The notes under the pieces were generated by a model, which saw only the letters and a program-made list of their open reading frames with translations, ran no database searches and was not told the DNA's origin. A stretch of 64,000 nucleotides of DNA from Setoptus koraiensis (lineage: Eukaryota > Animalia > Arthropoda), in assembly GCA_048013815.1 (NCBI GenBank), contig CM106586.1, forward strand, positions 7,192,001 through 7,256,000. Direction: 5' to 3'. How positions within the stretch are numbered: the stretch's first letter is position 1; the number at the start of each line of letters is the position of its first letter. The translations under genes were made by a program, and so were the position numbers. This document shows, in pieces, positions 1 through 11,606 of the stretch.

Positions 1-236
1 GGTTATAATTAACTAGTCCATAAACGAGTGGCGAGTTTCAATATGAATGAGCAAAATATCTAAGAAGACGCACACTCATGCAATCATAAATGACCATCTT
101 TGGGTAATTCATATGGCTTCATTCTATTTTGGGGTTACTAATATCAACTGACATGTTCTTTAGCTACATGGTTAGTTGTCGGTACTGTCATATTTCGTGC
201 TGTCATTTAGCTACCCAATGTATAAATCTCCTTGTA

Positions 237-932
237 TTATCGCGTCATTGTTGTTGACGAGGAACTGTCCACGGTAGAGGTGCCGTTATTATTTGCGCAA
301 CAAGATACACTCTGCGAGTGTTTGTATTCTTTACAACCGAAAGCAAGATTGCCTATTATCAAAATTTTGTTAGATAACTGGCAAGTCGAGTACTGATCCA
401 TTGTTCCAGAGAATTTGTGCTTGCATAAATTTTCAAGACAATCTTTACCATTGACGACCACAAGAATTGGAATGCAAAATGAGATTTATTCATCAGTGTG
501 CATCGGAACAAAGAGTTGATGGAGGTTCAACTTACCTTGAAATTCAAGATCGCAAACCAGCTTGTTTTTACCACAAATTCTGTAGCATTGATGCAATTGT
601 TGACAACAACTTAGCATATCTAAACTAGGTAGGTCATTTTCTTGTATATCCAGGCCAAATATAGCACAACTTCCTGTCTTGTTTGGCCTATGATTAGCTT
701 GCTGAGAAGAATTCCACAGGCACACTGCCTCACAGTGTTCATGCAAAGAATTTTGAATGACAACGTCGGCGAGATAACTTGCTTTCTCTAGTAGCCGATC
801 GATGAAATTCGTCATCACCGCGGAGTAATGTCCCAAACTCTCTAAATATATCGGGTGAGCCTGCTGGGAAAAACTCATCAGTAAAACAAAACAAATACTG
901 GCACCGACCAACGATCTCTTCGATGTGTCCAT
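237..932 (-). CDS. Group XII secretory phospholipase A2-like protein (PLA2G12 family), 2 exons (932-536, 442-237), ~200 aa, probably catalytically inactive
   Basis: N-terminal signal-like segment (SLVGASICFVLLMSF). Cys pattern CC-x4-CY-x2-CG-x5-CD-x2-FQ|DCLENLC...TC...GC...SQ...CC matches group XII sPLA2 (CCNQHDRCYETCGKSKNDCDEEFQYCL). Phase-1 intron 535-443 (AAG|GTAAGT...TAAAG|AT) joins the two track ORFs in frame (603 nt = 201 codons). Confidence 0.85.
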
Positions 933-1911
933 CTTGTAATCAATGATTGAATAATGATGCTTGCAGATTTATTTTAAGAGATGTCCAAATCTTCTACGTT
1001 ACCAAACTGATTGGTGAATCGCTTATATTGCAACATGCATGATTAATTACTATTAAATTTATTGCTACGGCAACCGTGTTTTGGTGGGGATACATTCGAA
1101 TGTATTTCCGATAAAGTACGTCATTCAGATTCCAAGAAACTCGTGTTCTCTAGCACGCGATCCATAACGACCTGCAACAGTATATGCAAATATTTGTATT
1201 GCCAATAGTTATTCGCTAGATATGCCCTATATTTGAATATTTAAGTTCTGTCCCTAAGTTTTTTGAATGAGGATTGTCACGAAATTGCCAGAAGTTACAA
1301 CAATCCATATCCTCCAGACTGACTTTTCGATCACAGTGAGTGTTGCATCGTAAGTTTGCAACTTGAGGCAGCCTATTTCATAAAGATATCTATTAATTTA
1401 TGACCAAAATTCAATACATTCGAGTAGGCATTTTGCCTACCGGCAACATCATACAGATTATTTCAGGAAATTTCGATGCATCGTCTGACCCAGTGAGGCA
1501 CTATCTGCATCTTGCCTGAAGCTAATCTCTCACATTCTCAATCATGATATCCGGATTTTCGATCAATTTAACCAGATTACATATTGTTCACCTGCTAATA
1601 CTCATATGAACCGGAGCGAAAAGAGACAAAAATTAGAAAGTCTTCAGCGGACCATCAATCCCAGGTCACTTCAAGCTGTGGCGGTAAGATGATATTCATG
1701 GTTTGCTTGTTTGGAAAATCACCCATCTTAGATTTAAAAACTAAAATCATGTCAAAAAGTTTCTTGGTCTTTACATGGTTGGAGTTGCCGAGTATATATC
1801 CATGTTTCACAACAACACCCGGGCCGCCACGCTTGTTATAACATTGTGAACATAAGCCCGAAAATAGGCAATAACCAACATCAAACAACAGTAAATAAAA
1901 AATCAAAGACA

Positions 1912-2496
1912 ATGTCTCGACCACCCACATTCAACGACCGACCAGAGAGCCCTTGGTCCGTTGTACCGTCGATGACAGCGCCCGACAATCAATTTAACCA
2001 ATTCATGTTTGCCAACCCAGTCGTGTCTGCGGCGGGCCAGCAAGTTTTGAGTCACTACTCGGAAAATAGCCAATCAGGCAGTTTGATGGACGAACGGTAT
2101 TTGATGAAAAAACTATGGATTGAACCCAAGTTCAACGTAAACGCTCCTGACCTTTACATACCCTTTATGGCGTTTTTCATATATGTGCTCGTCGCCGGTT
2201 GTATGATATTTTAGGAGGGAAAGCTCAACCCCGAACAACTGTGTTTTTTATCAAGTTTAGGACTTCTGTTTTTCTCAGTAGAAGTCTGCCCACTCATGAT
2301 GATATTACACTTTTGCAGTGTTAGATGTTGGTTTAATGTTTTACATTGCATTGCATTTTCCGGCTACAAATTTGTGCCCATTATTTTACGCTCTATCGTA
2401 ACTGCGAAATTCCTTTTTGTTATGCAAAATTATGATACGAATATTCAAGAAGCCGTTGCACGAATACATGAACAAATCTTCAAAGGAATAATCTGA
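1912..2496 (+). pseudogene. YIF1: YIF1 (Yip1-domain ER-Golgi membrane protein) homolog with an in-frame TAG at 2212-2214, internal deletions and a degenerate C-terminus
   Basis: Hallmark motifs YLMKKL, NAPDLYIPFMAFFIYVLVAG, NPEQL, AFSGYKFV. Track ORFs 1846-2214 and 2296-2496 are in the same frame, separated only by TAG. The ~20 aa normally found between KKL and NAPDLY and the C-terminal TM helices are missing. Confidence 0.65.
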
Positions 2497-2643
2497 GAAG
2501 AACCTAGATTAAAAATATTCAAACATTCGTGTATTGTGTACGTATAATTGGTGCGAAGAATAATTGAGACAAAACAAAGTTAGAAAAAATCAACAATTCT
2601 ATATATATTGATTATAAATTATAGGATCTGGTTTTGAGTGGAC

Positions 2644-5600
2644 TCAATGGTTGCTTGGAGCAATTGAAACGTCATTCTCATCAGCTATGTCATCATGGAG
2701 GTCTATCGTAGAGTCAACGCCAACAACGTTACCCAACACACTCCCGTTGAATTGCTCCCTGTCAAATTCAGTCACAGTGGAGGCATCAGTGTCAAAATCA
2801 GAAGCTGAGAATTGCGATGAAGAGAATCCTCCATTGTCATGTGGTATAAATTCAATCATATCAATATTATCGTCAAAATTCCTTCTCTTGGTCGATGAAT
2901 CAGATTTGCTCGTGTCGTCCTTGCCTTTCATAGTGTATCTGGATGATTTGTTAACGCTCGCGTTAGAACTTGATACATCGGAAGAGCTATTCTTTAGAGC
3001 AGATTCGTCAAATGATGTCTTCCTTCTTCTCTCCAGCTCGAACTTATTATTTCTTGAATAGCTACTCAAGCATCGATTGTTTTCCGATTTTGAAGTAAAT
3101 GCTTCATCAACCTTGAGTTGAGCGAAGTTTGGCAATATGGCTTTCTTATGCTGTTGAAGCAACCTAGATTTGGCACTCAAGGTCTGCGAAGTTTGGGGGT
3201 TGCCTTTCATCATAGGTCCTGGTGACTTCGTTTTCTGATGGTTATTCTTTGTTCCTTCAAGAGACTTTTCTTCTTGTTTATCACACGGTTTTTTGTTCTT
3301 GTGTTCGACACTCTGTTGGTGTCGAGCGCTTAGGCTTAGCGGCCTCGGATGAACAAGAGAATTTTTTCTAGACACTGCCCTGGCTCTATCTAAAATAACA
3401 TCTCTTTGATCCTTGATCGTTTGACATTTGACTTTAGGTTGAGAGGTCTTCGAATATTTTGTGAATCTGTTATTACTACTAGAGTCCAGTGAAGATCTAC
3501 ATTTGATATTCTCGTACGTTGACACGTCATCGTTGGAATTATCACTGCACTTGACTGAAGGTTTTCCGCTATCAGAATTTGTTTCATCCACTCGAACTGT
3601 AGAGGGAACAGTCTTGGCAGACTCTAGAGCAACGAATCCACTATCATTGCTGTTCATGAAGTTATCTTGGTTCAACGATGGAGATGATGGCAGCGATGAA
3701 GAGTTGTTGACGTTCGAAACCGAGGATGTATCCGAAGAATTGGTAGGGCTCTGATTCGCCTTAGCGCTTAGAACGTCGTCGTTAGCAACTTTCGAATTGG
3801 CATCATTGATGTTTTCATAAACTTGTGACTCACAACTGCCGGGTACATTATCGGTGCAGCCAGTCCTATCAACTTCAATTACATTGCATGTCGGCTTAAA
3901 ATTTTCCAGATGTGATTTGTTAGAATACGAGCCCCCACTTTTATCATCATGAAGATTTCTCGAATCTTTCAATTGAATTGATTTACATTCCAAAATCATG
4001 TTTTCAATCATATTGATCAGAGCTAATTGATTCTCACATTGCTTTTCACATCCCAATGACTTCAAACTAACATTAACGTTGTAATTATCGAGAGAACCTT
4101 TGGTTAAATCACTATCGTGAATAGTCTCCGCTAGTTTGCTTAGAGTTTTTCTATAATTTTCCGTCAACTCAGAGTGATTGTTTTTTAACTGCTCAAGCAA
4201 CTTTGTCAAGTGGGAGTCGATACTTGAGATTGGTAAATTTTCGGCATTGCCGGAATCTTTGCCCACTTCATCTTTGAGATATAAATTCTTGTAAGATTTA
4301 GATGCTAATGATACCGTGTTATCCATTGTATCACTATTCGAAGCAGTATCTAAGTTTTAGGGTGGAGGTAAGAGGAAAAAGAGAAAGTGTTAATTTTGTG
4401 GATCGCTGAGGATTCAATGGTGATTCGTGTTTATAGGACTATTTGAAGTTACCGAGTTCATGCAATATAAGTCAACAATTTGATTTCTCTACTCTTAGGA
4501 TTAGATTGGTTGATTAATATTAAGTCATGCAAATTTAATCTTATGGTGTTAGAAGGATGTTTTCATAGTACTGTATCATGCAATCAATAGCCTTGCTGAG
4601 TGGTTTTTCTTTACCTAAGCTCAAGTCAATCATCGATTCGAGGCTGTTTCGAGAAGATGATGAAGAATGTTCGTATTTTTTAGATTTATTTCCAGTGAAA
4701 CTTTCATCAGTTCTGGCTCTGCTAATATTCTCGTAAACGGGGTGGTCCTGGTATTCTTGCAGATTACAGCTAATAGTTTTAGAGGATATCCAAGGTAATT
4801 TTAAATCTGATGTCACATCATCTTGCAATCCTACATTCTCTAACGATTTGGAGCGATTTATGATATCGTCGTTGATTGCTTGTTTAAGTTTGTCTACTCT
4901 GTTACCGGTTACAGATTCTGAATCTTCCTTTGACCCATCCAGAAAAGGATTGTTGAAGTTTTTCTCTTTCAACTTTTCTTCTAATATGGATATACTTTTC
5001 CCTTCTATCAATTTATCAATATTCCGAGTTATATTGGAAGTCAATTTAGGGTTTGTACTCAAAGTAGGTCTAGTCTCCAGACGATGAGGAGAATTTACAC
5101 AATTTTCTCCTCGTTTGTATTCTAGAGGTTGTATACCATTATCACTCTTGATAGTTAATGTAGACGCCAATGAGGCACTCCTTACATTATTATGATTAAG
5201 CTCACCACAGTCTTTACTCTGCAACACATCATTCGGGTCATTTGCAGCAGATTCCGAGGTTTTGATTTGAAGCTCTGATTTCACTTTATCGGCCAATTCT
5301 GAAGAATGAGGCACCATTGCAGATTTGGGCATCAACCGTGTACTGTTGTTGATTTTATTTTGACCAAGAGAGCGAGATAAGAGTTGGGGCGGTGGAGAGA
5401 GGCTCTTTTTCTGCTGTATCTCTAGCAAAGCACGTTGTTGATCTTCTGACTTAAGATCAGAGTAATAGTATGGGGCCGATGGCCTTTCTCCATCACAGGT
5501 GTCTGTTTTTTCTGATGATTCAGGATATGCTGGGACATCAGAAGTTTTATCACTGTAGAATTTAGGGTAAGCAGGATTTTGTTTAAGAGTATTTTCGCTT

Positions 5601-8600
5601 TTTTCTGATGGCAATTTATTAATGATTCCAAGTGCGTGATGGGATTGTGACGATTTAATATCAGTGTTGCAGCCGACCGATTGGCGCCTAAGGGCAACTT
5701 TACTCTTGTCGTCGGAAATCTCGACGGAATTGGATTTACCAGCTGAGTTAACAATACTATTGGAAGATGTTTGAGAGGAAGCGTCTTGTTGTCTACCACG
5801 ACAACCATTGGAAGTATTCGAACTACAGTCTCGCAGCGGAGTTGGGGCACGCTGGAAATTTATTGCCTTGGGATCATTCCTAAGCAAAGAATGAGAGCTA
5901 TAACTGGACTCTACCAGAGGTCTGGTCTTGTCGCTACGAATACTCCGTCTAATTTGTATTTCAGCACCATCAGCGATGGGTAAACCAACTTCATTCGACC
6001 AGTTGTTGTCATTGTAAGGAGCCAATATAGTTTTGGTAGTTGATAGTATTCTCGGTGTTGTGAGGTCGACTATGGACTGAGAGTCGCTACCGATATGCAA
6101 AGCTGCATTATGCAAGTGAACACCATCCCTAACTAAACCGTTTATTGGTTCATGGTACCTCATCGGATTTCTGATTTGCTGTTGAGTGTTTGCAAAGTTA
6201 TTTGAATTTTGATTGATAATAGTTCTAGAGGGATCGTATTGATTACCATGATTGATAAAATCATATTGTCGGTGCTGCCTGTTACCCATGTTATTATTAT
6301 TCGGATCACAAGAATATATGTTTTCATTTGAACTCGGATTATAATTATTTTCTATCTTGATATCTCTCGTAGCGAAAATCCTGTCCTGACTACCGTAAAT
6401 GATATCGCTATTGTTCTGATAATTAATCAAATGTTGCTTGATAAAATCAGCATTCTCATTAAGCGTTCTGTTACCTATCCCCTGAATGCGTTGAATATCA
6501 GGACCGAAACCCCGACGCTGCAAAAAATCCAAATCAGTAGATGTCATACATCGATGTCTATGCCCATCACTGAAGAGCATTACTGGAGCATGGATGTTAT
6601 CTCTTAAACCATTAGATAAAGTCACTCGTTTTTTATCTTGTATGCGTGCAACTTCTGACAATAAGGTATCATATGAAAAAATAGATTCAAAGATAAAGAG
6701 ATGATTAGATTAGCAATCAACTATCAAATCTATGCATGGATAAGAGTCTATATCGATCAGTATTTAACAGTATATAAAGTATCCTAACGTACTTCCATGA
6801 GTACTCGTCAACTCAATACCAACCTTCATCTTCGGAACTAAACATATCTCTACGATTGCCGTCATTAGAGTTTGTATGCATCGAAATGTTTTGCATAACT
6901 GGAGGATTTTTTAATGATTGTCCATGAATGTCCAATTGCGAAGTTGTAAAATGTGATGGCAATATACTAGATTTTATATCTTGGACCGGCCTCATGTTTT
7001 GATCTGATAGATGTGTGACAGATTTACTTCTCAGGAGAGTATTGTTAATCGATTGGACTTCGCTGAGGTTAGCTGTTTTGTGATGATGCAAGAGATTTCG
7101 AGGTTGTAGGTAAGTTTGAGTGTTTGGTGTAACTATTTTCGATTGGTGTGCATTTGTCATCATTTGATGATCTAGAATTTGAGAATTAACAAAGTTGTTG
7201 AATCTGAACTCGCCCTGTACATTAGGTGAGGCAGTGAGATGACTGTTGATGGTTGTATTAATTAATCCGGCTGAAAGGTTGTATTCGCTTTTGGATGGAA
7301 CCATGTTAAGATTTGGAACCGGGTACAAAGGTCTGTTCATATCGGATTGAATATATTGTGGTTGATTGGCTAGTACATGAGGGTTCTGTTTTGCTAGCTG
7401 GTAACGATCGATGTTATCAGGGTTTGAGAGGTTAGGTTGCAACATGATGGCTTGTGGCTGGACTGACTGCAGCTGCTGTCTCTTAATTGAGGCAAATCGA
7501 GCCACATCTCTCGCCTCAAGACTAGATTTGGATTTAGGAAGTGAAAATATAGATGGTGGGACCCCACTTGAGACTATAGATGCTCTGTTCGTAGATATTA
7601 CATTCTTTTCAAATTTAGAATTCATTGACGCTTGATTTATATCATTATTCCTATTGTACACATTTTCTTTAGGCATTAGAGGTGCTCTTGCATTTGGACT
7701 ACCTAATATATTTGTTCCGGGCTTACGGTCAGTGATAAAATGACCGTCTTTACTTTGGAAGAACCTTGCTGCTGCAGCAGCCTGAGAGGCCAGTGAGGAA
7801 CTTTGTTGTAGTACTTTTCTTTGGTTCGATGATCTATCATTTAAGGATAAAGGTGAAGAAGTGGAGCAACCCTCTGAACTATTGTAATCATATCGAATCA
7901 TATTGCTAGGCAAAATTTGCATGCTTGGATGAATATTTGATTGGCTGAGAGTTCGCATTTTTTCTAAAGAATGTGGGATGGGAATCATATTCGTGGACAT
8001 TTGGTTGACAATCGACGGGTCCATATTCTGTTGATTAATGCTTTGCTGGAAGGGTAAACCAGAAACATTATTCGGCAGATATACAGGGATACAACCGTAA
8101 GTTGACTCTGGTGCAATGACTGTATTATTTTGAGCCACCCAATCATTACTGTTACCAATATCAGTTGGATAATATTGATAACGTCTCGGTTTTGGAGGTG
8201 CATTCACGTATATTTGATTGGCGTCGGATCCAATAGAATCCGTCAAATCGCTTCTTGAGTTAGAGTTGTTAGCAGATAGATGCATATTGAGGGGGTTCGA
8301 GAGTTTGAACTCAGGTTGGTCTACAGAATCTTTGCGATTTTCTTGAGTTATGGTAGGAAAGTTGTTTTGATAAGAGTCTGAGCTTCTAGCCGAATGTTGA
8401 TGTTGCTGCTGATTGACATTTGCATGATGTATCATGGCGGTGTTCCCATAACACTGTGATGGTGCATATTGAGATTGATTCAAATAAGGTTTGTGAGTAT
8501 TATTTGTATCATTATTATTTTGATGACTCCTACAATCTAAATTGATGTTAGTCGAGTCTAACTTTGATTCAATCAACTGAATGGTATTGGGTTGTTGTTG

Positions 8601-9740
8601 TTTTTGCTCTACCATAGTTGTTTGCGATTTTGTGGTATCAGATGGACGATATAAGTGTGCGTTATGGTTTGTATCAATCGGATACTTGTCACCCGATCTT
8701 AAAGTCATTTGATCATATCTCGGTTGAATGGGCAATGATCTATCAACGGTGGAACTACTATGGCTATTACTATGGTTATTTATCATATTCACCATGATAA
8801 CATTATGGTTAGTATTATTATTTTTAGCTAGATTGGCACTCGATTGTAGTGTTGTAGTAGCTGCATTGTTTGCATTTCGTGATACACGCCTGGATTGGTA
8901 CGTGGCGAAAGCTGATTCCTCTTCATCAAATTCATCTAGTTTGTTTTTCACACTTTTTGTTTGCGTTTGCTGTTGCTGCTGATCACTTGTTGTTGAATTA
9001 TTAGATGTAGCTACAGCAGAGGAATTTGTTATTTTGGCATTGCCTTTGTTAGCACTATTTTGTTGAGGTAAGTTAGTTGTTGGCGCCGTTGCAGAGGTAG
9101 AGGCACCGATGTTAGTTGGATACGATGCCAATGATATGTCAAAATGGTTGTTAATAGATCTAAGATTTCTCACCATTTCAATAGCATGAGGTGGTATAGT
9201 GTGCTCTTTTCTGAGAGTGTTAGTCAAAAATGTTGGTGGCCTATTGGATGATGATTGTTGTTCGATAATGGTGTTAATGGTAGTTGTGCTAGTTTTAGGT
9301 GGCGCTGAAGAAGACGCCGAAGAAGAGTATAAGTTACTTGTTGCTGTTGTTGAATTATTATCTAGAACTGGTTTTACTCGGTTATTATTGTCCTTTTTCA
9401 CTGTCGCTAAGAAGCTGGTCTTATTTGATTGATTTTTTTCATTGCTGCTTTCTCCATTATTGCCACTATTGCTTGTTGTAATGTTATTAGGACCATTGTT
9501 ACTTGTGTTATTGTTTGCGTTGTTGTTGTTGCTGGTATTGTTGTTGAAGGTGGGTGGAATGTTTCGACTAGAAGAGTTTTTGATTTGGGTTGTCTTTCGC
9601 GTTGTTCGAGCATTTGCCTCTGTATTGGCCTTTGTCTGGCGTCTGCTTCTAATATCCTGAGATATATTACAAACGGACCTCTCGAAGCTGTTGATGATCC
9701 TATTTATTTTGCTAGTGGTAGACTGATTTTTGCTTGTCAT
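2644..9740 (-). CDS. Large (~2,220 aa) S/N/Q/T-rich intrinsically disordered protein, unidentified, scaffold/adaptor-like; 3 exons (9740-6824, 6654-4615, 4349-2644)
   Basis: Three long same-strand ORFs (975, 706, 560 aa) join in frame through two phase-1 GT-AG introns: GAAG|GTTGGT 6823...ttgtcag|AA 6655, and TTAG|GTAAAG 4614...cttag|AT 4350. Total 6663 nt = 2221 codons. No globular domain recognised. Short motifs IYVNAPPKPRR, SAPYYYSDL and YENI (x3-4). Confidence 0.75.
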
Positions 9741-11499
9741 GGTTGCTCTTGTGTTGCGTGTTGGTGTGTCAGTGAGACAGACACACTAACCTGTTACTAA
9801 TTAATTAATGATGAAAATGTTTGTAATGGGTTGTATGCTGTTGTTGTTGTTGGCAATTATTTTTTGGCAAATAGCAGCAGAGAATTGTTCTTTCTGTCTT
9901 TGTTGAAAACAAGCTGATAGCACTGAGTCTTCCTATGGTGAGTGGTTGTTGGCCTGATGTCGTTGATCGGCGATGCCACAGTCAGGTGTGATGTGATTTG
10001 TTGTGGGGCGAAATTCATTTTGTGTTAAGTAGCCGTTTCGCGCAATATTGTCCGTTTACATTGTTTGTTGTGCTAACGATTATACGATTTGTTTGTTTGC
10101 TATACTAACAAAAGTGAATGTGGTCTCGACAATAGGAGATACATGATAATACGAGCATCGTTGGGCCGGCCGCGGTTGCATGGTGTGTTCACTGAGGTGC
10201 CGCAAGTGTGGTTACTGTTGTATTTTGATTTTGGGCGACAACGGGCTGGCAGTCGGTGAATACGCGGATATGTGATAATATGTGGATACGTGATAATATG
10301 TGGTGCTTGATGTATCAACGGGGCCTAATAATCGTGGGCCGAATTGAGCCGAACGGACAAAATTGCATCTCGCATGGCCGAAATCAACTGGCTATAATTG
10401 GTGATGCGTCGAATGCAAAATTCGAACGCTGAATTCTAGTGCTAAATTGGGATACAAAATGGTGGCAACAATAATGGTGACGAATGTATAACTGATATAT
10501 AATTGATAATAACAACAACAAATCGAATGTGTCCAACCGAAGATTGCGCTCAACGTTCGATCGGGCTAGCGTGGCTGACGCCCAGTCTTGTTGTTTTTTC
10601 GTTCTACACACACACTCTTGTTGCTCTTGTTCGCTCGTTCGTGTGAGTTCTCTCTGCCGATTTGACTCTGGCAACTCTTGCGAGTGTTAGCAGGTTCACT
10701 CTGTGGCAAATTCTCTCTCTCTCTCGCTCGTTCGCTCTCAAACGCTCCACTACTAGTAATGCAATGCGCTGCGCTCACTGCGTGTGTTTACGTTTTGAAA
10801 TGTGTGTGTGAGTGTGTGTGTGTGTGTGTGCAGCCAGTGCGCCGCAACTTGCGCTGGCTACACAACTCAGTGCACGGCTGCGAGGGAGCGAGCGAACTGT
10901 TGCGCTGCTCGGCCCGACCAGTGTCCAGTGTGCCCCTTTAACACTGGCACTCGCGCACTTGAGACGCGCTCCGCACACAAGCGTCTGACCACAGGGCGAA
11001 CGATCGATGATGCGATTTGATGCGATTCATTGCGTGACGCACACTCATCTACTGCGTACGGCCAATACGCAGTGCGCCGGCCGCAGCAATAAAAAATAAA
11101 AAAACGAACCAACCAACCAACAAGCCAAATAAACGCGCACGACTGCGACGCACAGACTGACGGGCGCACAAACGCTGCCAGCAGCGCTACACTGGCAGCC
11201 TTACACTGGCGGCTAGTAGCCCGACGGTGCCGACATTCGGGCACACGCACACTGTGCGCACCTGATTCACCTGGGCCAGCTCTGTTGCGAGCCAGCGGTG
11301 GCTGTTCCGCCGGCCAAGCCGCCCTTTCCCCCAGCGCGTCCGACCGGCGCTCGCAATTGCGCCGGGGGAAGTGGTGCGCAGCCCAATGGGCGGAACTAGT
11401 CGAACAGTCCCAGCCGAACAGTCCCAGCCGAACAGTCCCAGCCGAACTGTTCGAGCCGAACTGTTCCTGTCGAACGGCGGGTGTGCGCTGAGAACTTAC

Positions 11500-11606
11500 A
11501 AAGAACTCTGAGCCAGGGAAAAAAGTTTTTGCAAATTTGTTTGCAAGAAAAGATGAGTCATTGTTGGCGCTGCCATCGGGCACAAAGGCAACGACAAGAG
11601 AGCAGG
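11500..11606 (-). other. Candidate non-coding (5'UTR) exon of the 2644-9740 gene
   Basis: Consensus donor GTAAGT at 11499-11494. Acceptor tgtgtAG at 11608-11607, preceded by ~108 nt with no AG. Splicing to the aacAG acceptor at 9792-9791 gives no open frame into ATG 9740, so it would be UTR. Confidence 0.3.

Noticed and set aside
940-1900. Coding-like fragments on the minus strand (VMDRVLENTSFL resembling the PLA2 N-terminus; IVPHWVRRCIE resembling a BRCT end; track ORF 1655-1930)
   Set aside because: Matches are too short, broken by stops and in inconsistent order; a family cannot be supported without a database search.
2201-2214. GTATGA...TTTTAG as an intron removing the YIF1 stop; also selenocysteine or pyrrolysine recoding
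   Set aside because: 14 nt is too short for a spliceosomal intron and would shift the frame. Sec uses TGA, and Pyl is not known in animals.
2651-9800. Plus-strand ORFs rich in L/V/S opposite the large disordered gene
   Set aside because: Antisense shadows of N/Q/T/S-rich codons.
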